DNA of 64,000 bases from the IMG/VR virus record IMGVR_UViG_2875713109_000001. One strand, written 5' to 3'. Position 1 is the stretch's first letter. Each line of letters begins with the position of its first letter. The notes beneath the pieces were generated by a model that saw only the letters and a program-made list of their open reading frames with translations, had not been told where the DNA came from and made no database searches. The stretch is from a virus (lineage: Duplodnaviria > Heunggongvirae > Uroviricota > Caudoviricetes). Below, piece after piece: positions 42,042 to 52,353 of the stretch. Both the position numbers and the translations under genes were made by a program.

Positions 42042-42251
42042 ATGGCTATCGCTGCAAGTTACACCATGCATCTCTATTGTGATTGCCTCCAGTGTACAGA
42101 TGGCAAATATAAGTCGCCAGACTTCGGTGAGTATATAGGTACGTCATGGGCTGGCTGTGCAAAAGAGGCGCGCAAGGATGGCTGGCGAATAAGCAAAGAC
42201 AAAACGCGTGCTTTTGCGCCCGGGCATAAAGTTTTGAGGATTAACAAATGA
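42042..42251 (+). CDS. small Cys-rich protein (69 aa)
   Basis: AAAGGAGAG SD; CDCLQC...C pattern. Confidence 0.45.
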   Translation: MAIAASYTMHLYCDCLQCTDGKYKSPDFGEYIGTSWAGCAKEARKDGWRISKDKTRAFAPGHKVLRINK

Positions 42252-42964
42252 CCACTATAACCAAAGAGCGACTGCTGACAATCAAGCAGTGGCGCGAAAC
42301 ATACGGACCTGGTAGCAACGTTGTACTGCCAGCAGAAGAAGCGGAAGAACTGGCACGAATTGCGCTGGCATCGCTGGAAGCAGATCCAGTTGCTTATATT
42401 TTCAAACATCCGGCCGGGAAATTATTCTGGGCTTTAACGGATGAAAGCAATAAAGAGCAAGCGGACGTTATTCCTGTTTATGCTGCCGCGCCTGCGTCGG
42501 TTGTGCCGGATAATGCATCAGAGCCTCTTGCTTATGCTTACAAAGAGCTTACGCCTGAGATTATGCGCAACCATTTAGCTGTATTCGAGCGATATGGAAT
42601 AGCCCCAAACGATAGCTCTACCACAATTCAGGCACTGCGAATCGCGCTGGATGGCATAGAGCGGAGCGACGCCATGCTTCATGGTGCCGAACCTGTAAGC
42701 CAAACTTACAAGTTGAACCAGCTATCGGGCAACTCTCCGGCAACTCCGGATGGTTGGATAAGCTGTAGTGAGCGAATGCCGAATACCAAAACAGCCGTTC
42801 TTGTTGCCGTGGAGTTTGACAGGAAAGGTGACTGGCGAATGAAATGGGCTACTTACATCCCCGGGCATCCTGACGCTAATGATGGGTGGATAATTCCTGG
42901 TGCGTCGTGGAAACCGTCACACTGGATGCCGCTACCAGAACCGCCGCAGGAGGTGAATCAATGA
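42248..42964 (+). CDS. DUF551-like domain protein
   Basis: C-terminal GWISCSERMP...W...HWMPLPEPP resembles DUF551. Confidence 0.45.
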   Translation: MTTITKERLLTIKQWRETYGPGSNVVLPAEEAEELARIALASLEADPVAYIFKHPAGKLFWALTDESNKEQADVIPVYAAAPASVVPDNASEPLAYAYKELTPEIMRNHLAVFERYGIAPNDSSTTIQALRIALDGIERSDAMLHGAEPVSQTYKLNQLSGNSPATPDGWISCSERMPNTKTAVLVAVEFDRKGDWRMKWATYIPGHPDANDGWIIPGASWKPSHWMPLPEPPQEVNQ

Positions 42965-43028
42965 GCTGGCCTGAAGCATTCACCACGGTAGGAATTGTGA
43001 TGGCGGCAGCACTGGGTTTGTATTCAAT

Positions 43029-43280
43029 TTGTCGCTGGTGGTAACGATGGGAAAAATAACTTTTGTAGTCGAATTTGAGGATGGCAAAGAGCCACCTGTT
43101 AGCGCCAATCTTGATGTTGCTGGTGGCAGGCTGGTTTCGGTTCTATTTGGTGATTACCGCGACGACTTCTTTCAGCCTGAAGAAGTTGATGTAGTGCGAG
43201 AAGCATTAAACGAGCTAAGTGTTGATAACGATGATGCTCATGCGGAAATCATCAAAAAAATGGAACTGCTAACTCACTAA
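43029..43280 (+). CDS. hypothetical acidic small protein (83 aa)
   Basis: ORF only. Confidence 0.35.
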   Translation: MSLVVTMGKITFVVEFEDGKEPPVSANLDVAGGRLVSVLFGDYRDDFFQPEEVDVVREALNELSVDNDDAHAEIIKKMELLTH

Positions 43281-43458
43281 ATTATCAATTATGGTGCTAT
43301 CACCTACGACACCGAGAGAAAATTTATAATGTCAAAAGTAAATGTTTTGATTTTTTCAGCAATTGTTGGCTTTGGTTTTACTGCCGGAGTGCAGATTTAT
43401 ATTGCGTGGGAAAAAATCATCAACTACGCATGGAGTTGTTTTATTAAGTGAGGTAAGT

Positions 43459-43752
43459 ATGTGGAGAGGTAATAGTCATGGCAAAAGCCAGATGATACTT
43501 ACCGAATATCAGTTTGACCATAAAACCAATAAATCACGTTCAGTATATTTGCTTCGGCACAATAGCCGCGTAAGGAATACCGTGCTGGAGCAAAATCTGA
43601 CTGTTGAAATGGATAATTACGGGGGCTTCAAGCCAACAATTTCGCTTGATGATTTTCCTCGTGGTTTAAGCGAAAGAGAAGCAATGCTGAAATTAGCAGA
43701 ATGGCTACAAAGATTAAGCATTGCTATTGAAGATAACTGGTCTGAACCTTAA
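43459..43752 (+). CDS. hypothetical protein (97 aa), AT-rich gene
   Basis: GTGAGG SD before ATG 43459; low GC. Confidence 0.4.
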   Translation: MWRGNSHGKSQMILTEYQFDHKTNKSRSVYLLRHNSRVRNTVLEQNLTVEMDNYGGFKPTISLDDFPRGLSEREAMLKLAEWLQRLSIAIEDNWSEP

Positions 43753-43758
43753 ATTTAT

Positions 43759-44133
43759 ATGATGACACTAAAACATTTTCTTGACCGCCCATTATGGGCG
43801 GCAGCCGCAGGCTATGACTTTAATTATATGGATTGCATGTCTTATACCGCCAATGCATACGACCATTCCTTCAGTCTGCTGTTTAATTCTTTAAGAATAT
43901 TGCCGCAAACAGAAGTTGGAGAGCTTCATTTATGGCTATTGGGCTTTATCGCGGCTGGAGTTGGTATTGCTGTATGGCCTTTTATTTTCTGGCTGGTGGC
44001 TGTTGTAGTGTGGTTTAAGTGCAAGACGTACCGGAAAAAGTATTTCTTAGGTGATGGAATGACTGATATTGCCAAAATGAACATTGAAAAATGGACTAAG
44101 GAATGTGAAAAGAAATGGCGCAAAAAGAAATGA
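43759..44133 (+). CDS. membrane protein (124 aa) with basic C-terminus
   Basis: TM LWLLGFIAAGVGIAVWPFIFWLVAVVVW then KKWRKKK. Confidence 0.45.
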   Translation: MMTLKHFLDRPLWAAAAGYDFNYMDCMSYTANAYDHSFSLLFNSLRILPQTEVGELHLWLLGFIAAGVGIAVWPFIFWLVAVVVWFKCKTYRKKYFLGDGMTDIAKMNIEKWTKECEKKWRKKK

Positions 44134-44774
44134 CTACTCTAACGACAGCATACTTACAGCAATTGGTATTTTTTGCAGGCGAGGCTACTTGTCATCCTGA
44201 CGCAAACTATTTATTGGAATTTGAGAGGTTAGCGTCACCCGGTATCGTTCTGGAACTGGCCCAACAGGTGCTGGCCTTAAGACAAAAAGAGCAACATGAA
44301 AGTAATACGTGTAGATTGAACTTTGAGCAGTGGCTGGAACAGCAACGCGGAAAAATCGATGTGGACTGTGGTTGTGTGTCTACTGAAACATTCATGCACT
44401 GGCTGCGGGTAGCTTACGAGGCTGGCAACTATCCGGATATTCCGGATAGTTCGGTGCCAGGGCCAGGAAAGGGCGTCACCGGTGAACGTATCCGCATTAA
44501 GCCGCATGTTTATCGCGAACTGGTTAACCGTCTCCACGATACAGCGATCAAGTGTGCTGGCACCCAGCAATTACGAGAAAGAATTAGCCGTGTTTTGGGC
44601 GACGTTATTAAGCCAGACCATCATAAACAAGCCGAGAAAAGTGGCCTGGAAAGGTGTCACCTTGAGGCGGCATTAAACATTAACCCGGGGCATACGCTTG
44701 GCATTATTGATGCACTATTGGTTCATAAGATGGCCAGGGCTTTATTGCCGCTGGTAGGGGGCAATGACAACTAG
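44115..44774 (+). CDS. hypothetical protein (219 aa)
   Basis: ORF overlapping upstream gene end. Confidence 0.4.
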   Translation: MAQKEMTTLTTAYLQQLVFFAGEATCHPDANYLLEFERLASPGIVLELAQQVLALRQKEQHESNTCRLNFEQWLEQQRGKIDVDCGCVSTETFMHWLRVAYEAGNYPDIPDSSVPGPGKGVTGERIRIKPHVYRELVNRLHDTAIKCAGTQQLRERISRVLGDVIKPDHHKQAEKSGLERCHLEAALNINPGHTLGIIDALLVHKMARALLPLVGGNDN

Positions 44775-44858
44775 GAAAAAATCGCATTACTGGTGGCAAA
44801 GCCATAACTACTGATACAATATTTCTAGGTTAAAGATCTGGCATTAGGTAGAGATAGC

Positions 44859-45323
44859 ATGTTTCTTCATATCAATCCCGATTGGGCATCAGCTATTGCG
44901 GCATTTGGGTCAGCAATAGCTGCTTTTATTAGTTTGCGCACAAGTAAAAATCTTGGATTATTCGATAAGGAAAAATTTTATAGTGAAGCATTGATAAACT
45001 TTGCTGATAGGGCAAATAAAATAGCAACAGGAAAAGCTGGATCAGACTGGGATGTTAATGACGCAAGTAATATAATTCTTTCACTAAATGCCGCAAAAGA
45101 AACTATTGAAAGTGCGCCAAAACCTATTCGAGAGAAACTAAAACAATATTACAAACATAATCTTTGCCATGAGATCATAACTGAATTAGAGGCTCACTCT
45201 CCCCCAGATTCAGTAATTGTAAGAGAACCATCAGAGTATGAAGGCAAGATCATGGGATTGTGGGATGAGATTAAAATATTTCTGGGTTATACAGTGGTAT
45301 CAGAAGCAGACCTTGAAGATTAA
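44859..45323 (+). CDS. membrane-anchored protein (154 aa), AT-rich gene
   Basis: N-terminal hydrophobic segment WASAIAAFGSAIAAFISL; low GC relative to neighbours. Confidence 0.4.
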   Translation: MFLHINPDWASAIAAFGSAIAAFISLRTSKNLGLFDKEKFYSEALINFADRANKIATGKAGSDWDVNDASNIILSLNAAKETIESAPKPIREKLKQYYKHNLCHEIITELEAHSPPDSVIVREPSEYEGKIMGLWDEIKIFLGYTVVSEADLED

Positions 45324-45430
45324 AGTTTGGTGTGACCACATCATTTCATCAATGATGCCCGAAGTGGGGAGTTTGACGATTGTCCGGTGATTTAAGCTGC
45401 AAAGTGCTGGTGCTTTATGCTTGTGAAGTT

Positions 45431-45458
45431 TATAATTGTGTACACATAACGAGTACAC
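45431..45458 (+). promoter_or_regulatory. phd-doc promoter/operator
   Basis: TATAAT at 45431 followed by palindromes tgtgtacaca and gagtacac just upstream of phd. Confidence 0.55.
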
Positions 45459-45467
45459 GAGGTGTTT

Positions 45468-45689
45468 ATGCAATCCATTAACTTCCGTACCGCACGCGGC
45501 AACCTTAGCGAAGTGCTCAATAATGTTGAAGCAGGGGAAGAGGTTGAAATCACCCGCAGAGGCCGTGAGCCAGCAGTAATTGTCAGCAAGGCTACTTTTG
45601 AAACCTACAAAAAAGCGGCGCTGGATGCTGAATTTGCATCCCTGTTTGACACCCTGGACTCCACCAACAAGGAACTGGTTAACCGATAA
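45468..45689 (+). CDS. phd: Phd antitoxin
   Basis: 73 aa [39 protein letters not shown]... matches recalled P1 Phd. Confidence 0.9.
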   Translation: MQSINFRTARGNLSEVLNNVEAGEEVEITRRGREPAVIVSKATFETYKKAALDAEFASLFDTLDSTNKELVNR

Positions 45690-46069
45690 TGAGGCATATA
45701 TCACCGGAAGAACTTATTGCGCTTCATGATGCGAATATAAACCGCTACGGCGGCCTGCCGGGAATGTCAGATCCGGGTAGGGCTGAGGCCATTATCGGGA
45801 GAGTTCAGGCCAGAGTTGCCTACGAAGAGATCACCGACCTTTTCGAAGTCTCCGCCACCTACCTGGTGGCTACAGCGAGAGGGCATATATTCAATGATGC
45901 CAATAAGCGTACCGCGCTAAACAGTGCGCTGCTATTTCTACGCCGTAACGGGGTGCAGGTATTTGATTCACCAGAACTGGCAGACCTTACCGTAGGGGCT
46001 GCGACCGGAGAGATATCTGTATCTACTGTCGCCGCCACGTTACGTAGATTGTATGGTTCTGCGGAGTAG
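45689..46069 (+). CDS. doc: Doc toxin (Fic-fold kinase)
   Basis: 126 aa, ATG overlaps phd stop; [19 protein letters not shown] core motif. Confidence 0.9.
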   Translation: MRHISPEELIALHDANINRYGGLPGMSDPGRAEAIIGRVQARVAYEEITDLFEVSATYLVATARGHIFNDANKRTALNSALLFLRRNGVQVFDSPELADLTVGAATGEISVSTVAATLRRLYGSAE

Positions 46070-46073
46070 ATTA

Positions 46074-46253
46074 ATGGCACGTAAATACAACAAATTGTCC
46101 CGTAGAGCGTTAAAGATGCTTCTTGATGGCGTGAGTCGCCGCGAGGTAAAGCAATACCTGGTTGGTAAGCAAATTGGTGCCAGGACCGCTATTGCTGTGT
46201 TATGCCGTCAGGAAATGGTTGTGCTTAAACAGAAAATGCCGGGCAGCAGATAA
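46074..46253 (+). CDS. small basic protein (59 aa)
   Basis: ATG overlapping doc stop; K/R-rich. Confidence 0.3.
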   Translation: MARKYNKLSRRALKMLLDGVSRREVKQYLVGKQIGARTAIAVLCRQEMVVLKQKMPGSR

Positions 46254-46280
46254 AGCCAAATCAGTGATGAAAGGTGTGAT

Positions 46281-47324
46281 GTGAAAGCCGTAATTACTCC
46301 CTTTGTACAAAAAGAGCTTGGCGTCGCCACATTCAAAGTGGATCAGGAAGTCAGAAAGCTGGTGGAGGCTGGCCGTAAATTTATTATGGAGCCGGTGCCG
46401 CGTGAGTTAATCGAGCACATGGACGACGGCCTCGTTGTTTCCGAGCAAACTATGGCAACAAATGAGGCGTTGCAGCCGTTTTTTAACAGCGATGAACTGT
46501 TTCGCCGTATTGGTGGAATTGACGCGCTGGTGGCGTGGTTGCGCAGGAAAGAGGGGCAATGCCAGGCCGCAGATCGTAGCTGGTGTGACAACCATATTGT
46601 CCACGCTGAACGAGACAACAGCGCGGTGTTGTTGTGCTGGCATCACGATAATCATTACCGGATGCGTGGTTTTAATGAGCTGAAAGAAACGCTGCATAAT
46701 AATCGCGTTAACTGGATACTGGATGTCGCTCGTCAGGAAATGGGCCTTTCTGATGGTCATGATTTAAGTATTCAGGAGCTGTGCTGGTGGGCTTTCATGC
46801 GCAACATGATCCACCTCATGCCGGAAGAAGTCTGCCGTATATCAATAAATAAGGTGAGGGCTGCAACGCAGGATAGCGGACCTCTGAAAGAGGCGGATAT
46901 TCGCCCGTATGACGATCGCGCTACAGCATATGTTCAGATGATGGAAGAACGCGCCGCGCCGATGCGTGCAAAAGTATGCCCTGTGGATGTTGACTCCGAC
47001 CCTGGCATGGCGCATTTCAAAATACCAAAACTGCAATCGCTAAAATTACCTGAGTACATGGACTTTGTTGCTTCCCGTCCATGCTGTGGGTGTGGAGCTG
47101 CGGGAGCTGGCGCTCACATTACGCCTTATATCGTTCGTCATAGTCGATTATGCGCGCATGACATTTACGCAATTCCTCTGTGCCAGTCATGCCAGCGTGA
47201 TATTGAGCGTGACCGCGATAATTGGGAGAAGACGCACGGCAGGCTGGCGATGCATCAACGATTGTTCTTTGATTACGCGCTTGGAGTCGGCGTTATCACA
47301 AGTCACTCGTCGAGCGTTAGATAA
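46281..47324 (+). CDS. Cys/His-rich protein (347 aa)
   Basis: GTG start with AAGGTG SD; clusters CWHHDNHY and PCCGCG...CAHD...PLCQSC suggest metal-binding or HNH-like module. Confidence 0.45.
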   Translation: MKAVITPFVQKELGVATFKVDQEVRKLVEAGRKFIMEPVPRELIEHMDDGLVVSEQTMATNEALQPFFNSDELFRRIGGIDALVAWLRRKEGQCQAADRSWCDNHIVHAERDNSAVLLCWHHDNHYRMRGFNELKETLHNNRVNWILDVARQEMGLSDGHDLSIQELCWWAFMRNMIHLMPEEVCRISINKVRAATQDSGPLKEADIRPYDDRATAYVQMMEERAAPMRAKVCPVDVDSDPGMAHFKIPKLQSLKLPEYMDFVASRPCCGCGAAGAGAHITPYIVRHSRLCAHDIYAIPLCQSCQRDIERDRDNWEKTHGRLAMHQRLFFDYALGVGVITSHSSSVR

Positions 47325-47325
47325 A

Positions 47326-47342
47326 ATTGCTCTAATGTATTG
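47326..47342 (+). promoter_or_regulatory. C1 operator-like site upstream of lpa
   Basis: attgctctaatgtattg. Confidence 0.55.
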
Positions 47343-47412
47343 CTATTTCTTTAATCGAGGGTATTATATTCGTCGTTGATTAGTTGACATGGGCTAATCA
47401 GTAGGTGACAGG

Positions 47413-47865
47413 ATGTTACTTAACTGGCAGGGACGCCACTTCATGGAAATAAATCACTCACGAATTACATCGTATGAGATTGCGGATTACATGATCCGCA
47501 CTAAATCTCTTCTATCAGCGAAAGAACTCGCAGCAATCCTTGAAAAGGAATACCCGCATCTGGATGTCGATAAGCGCGATGTTTATCTGCGCTTAAAGGC
47601 TATCGCTGTGTCTAAGTATTCGTCTGTTTTGATTGATGACAGTACACGCCCACGTAGATTTCAGATCCACTCTCTGAATCCTGAATTCTTTCGCCGCAGC
47701 CGCGCTCCGCGCCGGTTTGATGAAAAACTCCAGAACGAACTCTATATGACGCAGGACGAAAAGGAACGCCGGGAGCACCAGCCTTGGGTAATGGCGCGTC
47801 AACTTTTCAATAAGGTGGCCCGTCAGCACCGTCATTACGGTAATGCCACATCCGCACGTATCTGA
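47413..47865 (+). CDS. lpa: late promoter activator Lpa (tentative)
   Basis: 150-aa ORF immediately upstream of pacA and downstream of a C1 operator, as lpa is in P1; AGGTGA SD. Confidence 0.5.
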   Translation: MLLNWQGRHFMEINHSRITSYEIADYMIRTKSLLSAKELAAILEKEYPHLDVDKRDVYLRLKAIAVSKYSSVLIDDSTRPRRFQIHSLNPEFFRRSRAPRRFDEKLQNELYMTQDEKERREHQPWVMARQLFNKVARQHRHYGNATSARI

Positions 47866-47950
47866 TTGATTGCTTGCCCGTTCCGGGCCTTTTGACATGT
47901 GACTTTCGTTACCCTCGCGTCAAAAAGAGTTTTTACGAAAGGAAGCATAA

Positions 47951-49144
47951 GTGACCTGGGACGATCACAAGAAGAATTTTGCTCGCCTGGCGCGAGATGG
48001 TGGTTACACCATCGCACAGTATGCCGCCGAGTTTAATCTTAACCCTAATACCGCACGTCGTTATCTCCGTGCCTTCAAAGAAGACACCAGGACAGCGGAC
48101 AGCCGCAAGCCAAATAAGCCAGTCAGGAAGCCACTAAAAAGCATGATCATTGATCACTCTAATGATCAACATTCCGGTGATCACATTGCGGCTGAAATAG
48201 CAGAAAAACAAAGGGTTAATGCCATTGTCAGTGTCGCAGTCGAGAATGCGAAGCGCCAAAATAAGCGCATAAATGATCGTTCAGATGATCATGACGTGAT
48301 CACCCGCGCCCACCGGACCTTACGTGATCGCCTGGAACGCGACACCCTGGATGATGATGGTGAACGCTTTGAATTCGAAGCTGGCGATTACCTGATAGAT
48401 AACGTTGAAGCGCGGAAGGCCGCGCGCGCTATGTTGCGTCGGTCCGGGGCCGATGTTCTGGAAACCACTCTTCTTGAAAAGTCTCTTTCTCATCTCCTTA
48501 TGCTGGAGAACGCCAGGGATACGTGTATTCGCCTGGTGCAGGAAATGCGCGATCAGCAAAAAGCCGATGATGAAGGTACTCCGCCTGAATACCGTATCGC
48601 GAGCATGCTAAACAGCTGTTCCGCGCAGATAAGCAGTCTGATCAACACCATTTACAGCATCCGGAATAACTATCGAAAAGAAAGCCGGGAGGCGGAAAAG
48701 CACGCTTTGTCTATGGGGCAAGCTGGCATTGTTAAGCTGGCATACGAACGAAAGCGTGAAAATAACTGGTCAGTGCTGGAAGCAGCTGAATTTATCGAGG
48801 CGCATGGCGGGAAAGTGCCGCCCCTGATGCTGGAGCAAATCAAAGCCGATCTGCGTGCTCCTAAGACCAATACCGATGATGAGGAAAGGCAAACTGCCGT
48901 CGGTGGTCCTTCTCTTGAAGATCTGGACAAAGTTGCGCGAGAACGGGCCGCCAACCGCCGCGCCGATGCCGCATTGTGGATTGAGCAGCGTAGGGAAGAA
49001 ATCGCCGATATCGTTGATACAGGCGGTTATGGAGATGTTGATACTGAAGGTGTATCAAACGACCCATGGCTGGAACAAGACCTGGACGAAGACGAGGAGG
49101 AAGACGAAGAAGTTACCCGCAAGCTATACGGGGATGATGATTAA
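47951..49144 (+). CDS. pacA: PacA terminase small subunit (pac recognition)
   Basis: 397 aa as in P1 PacA; contains the pac hexanucleotide clusters; GTG start with AAAGGAAG SD. Confidence 0.85.
   Translation: MTWDDHKKNFARLARDGGYTIAQYAAEFNLNPNTARRYLRAFKEDTRTADSRKPNKPVRKPLKSMIIDHSNDQHSGDHIAAEIAEKQRVNAIVSVAVENAKRQNKRINDRSDDHDVITRAHRTLRDRLERDTLDDDGERFEFEAGDYLIDNVEARKAARAMLRRSGADVLETTLLEKSLSHLLMLENARDTCIRLVQEMRDQQKADDEGTPPEYRIASMLNSCSAQISSLINTIYSIRNNYRKESREAEKHALSMGQAGIVKLAYERKRENNWSVLEAAEFIEAHGGKVPPLMLEQIKADLRAPKTNTDDEERQTAVGGPSLEDLDKVARERAANRRADAALWIEQRREEIADIVDTGGYGDVDTEGVSNDPWLEQDLDEDEEEDEEVTRKLYGDDD
48144..48303. other. pac packaging site
   Basis: Four TGATCA hexamers (48144, 48151, 48163, 48178) and three TGATC(A/G) (48274, 48286, 48298) about 100 bp apart, the 4+3 Dam-site layout of P1 pac. 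Confidence 0.8.
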
Positions 49145-50628
49145 TGGCCAGAAGTTGCGTAACGGATCCACGTTGGCGCGAGCTGGTGGCGCTATATCGT
49201 TATGACTGGATTGCGGCCGCTGATGTTTTGTTCGGCAAAACACCTACCTGGCAGCAGGATCTGATTATTGAGTCTGTGCAGGAACAGGGTAGCAAGACAT
49301 CTGTTTCGTCTGGTCACGGTACCGGGAAATCAGACATGACTTCTATCATGATCATGTTGTTCATAATCATGTATCCCGGTGCCCGAGCCATTATCGTTGC
49401 GAACAAAATTCAGCAGGTAATGACCGGTATATTCAAGTACATCAAGATAAACTGGGCTACTGCCACCAGCCGTTTTCCATGGCTTGCTGATTATTTTGTT
49501 CTGACAGAAACCGCTTTCTATGAGGTTACTGGTAAAGGTGTATGGACTGTAGTACCGAAGGGCTTTCGTCTGGGAAGTGAAGAAGCTCTCGCCGGTGAAC
49601 ACGCAGATCATCTTCTGTATATTATCGATGAAGCCTCCGGTGTCAGTGATAGAGCTTTCGGTATCATCACCGGTGCTCTTACCGGACAGGATAACCGCAT
49701 CTTATTGCTGTCACAGCCTACACGCCCAAGCGGCTATTTCTACGATACACACCATAAACTGGCCAAGCGTCCTGGTAACCCTGATGGCGTTTATACGGCG
49801 ATCACGCTTAACAGTGAGGAATCACCGCTGGTAACGCCAGCATTTATCAAAATGAAGCTGGCGGAGTACGGCGGGCGTGATAACCCTATGTACATGATTA
49901 AGGTACGCGGGCTATTCCCTAAATCACAGGATGGCTTCCTTCTTGGACGTGATGAGGTTGAACGTGCAACGCGGCGGAAAGTCAAGATTGCCAAAGGATG
50001 GGGCTGGCTTGCATGTGTGGACGTTGCTGGTGGTACGGGAAGGGATAAGTCCGTTATCAATATCATGATGGTGTCCGGCCAGAGAAATAAACGCCGTGTA
50101 ATCAACTATCGAATGCTGGAATACACAGACGTTACAGAAACGCAGCTTGCCGCCAAAATTTTCGCAGAATGTAATCCTGAGCGATTCCCAAATATCACCA
50201 TAGCGATAGACGGCGATGGTCTGGGTAAAGCAACGGCGGATCTGATGTACGAGTATTATGGTATTACCGTACAGCGTATACGCTGGGGTAAAAAGATGCA
50301 TAGCCGTGAAGATAAGAGCCTGTACTTTGATAAACGTGCTTATGCCAACGTTCAAGCCGCAGAGGCCGTAAAATCTGGTCGTATGAGACTGGATAAGGGT
50401 AATGAAACTATTGAGGAAGCGTCGAAAATCCCTGTAGGGATTAACTCCGCAGGTCAATGGAAGGTGATGAGTAAGGAAGATATGAAGAAAAAACTCAACC
50501 TGCACTCACCGGACCATTGGGATACATATTGTTTCGCTATGTTGGCGAACTATGTTCCCCAAGATGAAGTGCTTAGCGTCGAAGACGAAGCGCAGGTTGA
50601 TGAAGCTCTGGCATGGCTTAATGAGTAA
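49144..50628 (+). CDS. pacB: PacB terminase large subunit
   Basis: 494 aa, ATG overlapping pacA stop; Walker A-like [10 protein letters not shown]. Confidence 0.85.
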   Translation: MARSCVTDPRWRELVALYRYDWIAAADVLFGKTPTWQQDLIIESVQEQGSKTSVSSGHGTGKSDMTSIMIMLFIIMYPGARAIIVANKIQQVMTGIFKYIKINWATATSRFPWLADYFVLTETAFYEVTGKGVWTVVPKGFRLGSEEALAGEHADHLLYIIDEASGVSDRAFGIITGALTGQDNRILLLSQPTRPSGYFYDTHHKLAKRPGNPDGVYTAITLNSEESPLVTPAFIKMKLAEYGGRDNPMYMIKVRGLFPKSQDGFLLGRDEVERATRRKVKIAKGWGWLACVDVAGGTGRDKSVINIMMVSGQRNKRRVINYRMLEYTDVTETQLAAKIFAECNPERFPNITIAIDGDGLGKATADLMYEYYGITVQRIRWGKKMHSREDKSLYFDKRAYANVQAAEAVKSGRMRLDKGNETIEEASKIPVGINSAGQWKVMSKEDMKKKLNLHSPDHWDTYCFAMLANYVPQDEVLSVEDEAQVDEALAWLNE

Positions 50629-50631
50629 AAA

Positions 50632-50648
50632 CTTGCTCTAATAAATTG
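50632..50648 (+). promoter_or_regulatory. C1 operator-like site upstream of second immI-like module
   Basis: cttgctctaataaattg. Confidence 0.6.
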
Positions 50649-50851
50649 TGTTTTTTGACTGCCGATGTTACATTGAACCTGACCTCTTGCGCCTTGAGGC
50701 ATTTTCGGTTTATGCTTATCAGGCACCTCATTAAAACGGGTGCCGGGATTGGAACCCCGGATAATGCAAAAGGCGACACAGACGCCAAAAGCGTCTTTTT
50801 TTGTGTCATGCCATCGCACAGCCATACGTAGCACATAGCTCCGAGATCAAT

Positions 50852-50926
50852 GGTAGTGCTGGCTGGGCTGCCGAAAGGCAGGCCGGTTCCCTTTTGCGCC
50901 GGTAGTTCCAACCCAGTCAGTGCTAC
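50852..50926 (+). ncRNA. second c4-like structured RNA (tentative)
   Basis: About 75 nt closed by ggtag/ctacc with GAAA-loop hairpin ctgcc-gaaa-ggcag; same position relative to the icd-like gene as 4067-4143. Confidence 0.3.
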
Positions 50927-50987
50927 CGCCATTGAGATTGGAACCTCACGCGGTAGCTCCTTAAGTTAGCAAAAGGAGGCTGCCATT

Positions 50988-51209
50988 GTGGCTACTATCC
51001 CTACCCCTGCTCATCCTGAATTTATCTGGCGCTTTTACTCCTGCCAAAAACGTCACTATCACTTCGTTATTGCACCGACAGAAGATGAGGCACGTTCTCA
51101 GCTTCCTGACGCCCCATGTATTTTCTCTGCCCGTTTTTCCACTGATTCACGCAATTCTCTCAGTTACTGGTGCCTCCCTGTTAACGCTTCTGCTCTGGAG
51201 GGGCTATGA
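50988..51209 (+). CDS. Icd-like small protein, second copy
   Basis: 73 aa, about 70% identical to 4194-4415 product; GTG start 8 nt after AAAAGGAGG. Confidence 0.6.
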   Translation: MATIPTPAHPEFIWRFYSCQKRHYHFVIAPTEDEARSQLPDAPCIFSARFSTDSRNSLSYWCLPVNASALEGL

Positions 51210-52321
51210 GAACATCATTAGTCACCCGTAAAGAAATGATCGAGGCAATTGAACAGCACACTGCCTGTATCAGTACCAGGGATATACCTGGCGTTATTGC
51301 CAACTACTTCATGATCACCAAACAACTTTACCGGAGAAAGGACAAAAACGCGGTTCACCGCATTCTGCTAACCGATATCCGTGAATACCTGCTCGAACAG
51401 GGTCATCTGAATTACGCAACCGTCGCAGCCGAAGCACGCAAGGAGGCACACAGAATGAAAGCAACTAACGTTAAATCAGAAAAAACTCATGCACCTTCAG
51501 TTCAGGAATCGGAGCTGGTGGTTGTTCAGAATCAGTCTGATGAAATTCCCGTTCTGGAATGGCTGGGAGTGCGTGTAGTGACAACTAAGATCCTTGCTAA
51601 GGGGTATGGGACAGATGCGGATAACATCAAGAAGAACTTTTCCCGTAATGCTGAACGTTTTTGTGAAGGCAAGCATTTCTATAAAGTTATTGGAGATGAT
51701 TTGAACAATTTGCGGGTGACTTTAAGTAACTCACAAAATCCTATCTCTCCTAAAGCCCGCTCACTCATCCTCTGGACGGAACGCGGCGCAGCCCGCCACG
51801 CTAAAATGATCGAAACCGATCAGGCATGGGCATTCTTTGAAAAACTGGAAGACAGCTACTTCCGACAAAAAGAACAGCAACCGATCGCAATCCCCCAGAC
51901 GCTTCCAGAAGCTCTGCGCCTTGCTGCCGAACTGGCTGAACAAAAGCAACTTCTGGAACAGAAAGCCCATCAGCTAAATCAGCAGCTGGTGGCCGCAGCC
52001 CCCAAAGTCGATTTTGCCGACCGGGTATCAGTGGCTAAGGGGATCCTGATTGGGAATTTTGCAAAGGTCGTTGGACTTAAACAAAATGCGCTGTTTGCCT
52101 GGTTACGGGAGAACGGCATTCTGATAGCGTCCGGCGGCCGTAAAAATGTACCGTTCCAGCAGTACATAAACGCCGGATATTTCACAGTGAAAGAAGTGGT
52201 GCTGGATGATGAAGAGGGCTACCAGATACGGCTGACGCCCCAATTAACGGGGAAAGGCCAACAGTGGTTGACGCGTAAACTGCTCGATGCTGGCTTGTTA
52301 AAACCGGTGGCGGCTGAATAA
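51206..52321 (+). CDS. antirepressor-like protein, second copy (ORF6N-like middle domain, KilA-C C-terminus)
   Basis: 371 aa; N- and C-terminal regions homologous to Ant, different central domain; ATG overlaps icd-like stop. Confidence 0.7.
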   Translation: MRTSLVTRKEMIEAIEQHTACISTRDIPGVIANYFMITKQLYRRKDKNAVHRILLTDIREYLLEQGHLNYATVAAEARKEAHRMKATNVKSEKTHAPSVQESELVVVQNQSDEIPVLEWLGVRVVTTKILAKGYGTDADNIKKNFSRNAERFCEGKHFYKVIGDDLNNLRVTLSNSQNPISPKARSLILWTERGAARHAKMIETDQAWAFFEKLEDSYFRQKEQQPIAIPQTLPEALRLAAELAEQKQLLEQKAHQLNQQLVAAAPKVDFADRVSVAKGILIGNFAKVVGLKQNALFAWLRENGILIASGGRKNVPFQQYINAGYFTVKEVVLDDEEGYQIRLTPQLTGKGQQWLTRKLLDAGLLKPVAAE

Positions 52322-52328
52322 TGGAAGA

Positions 52329-52350
52329 ATGCCCGGTTGATGCCGGGCAT
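52329..52350. terminator. bidirectional terminator-like hairpin between convergent ant-like and c1
   Basis: atgcccgg-ttgatg-ccgggcat. Confidence 0.45.
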
Positions 52351-52353
52351 AAT

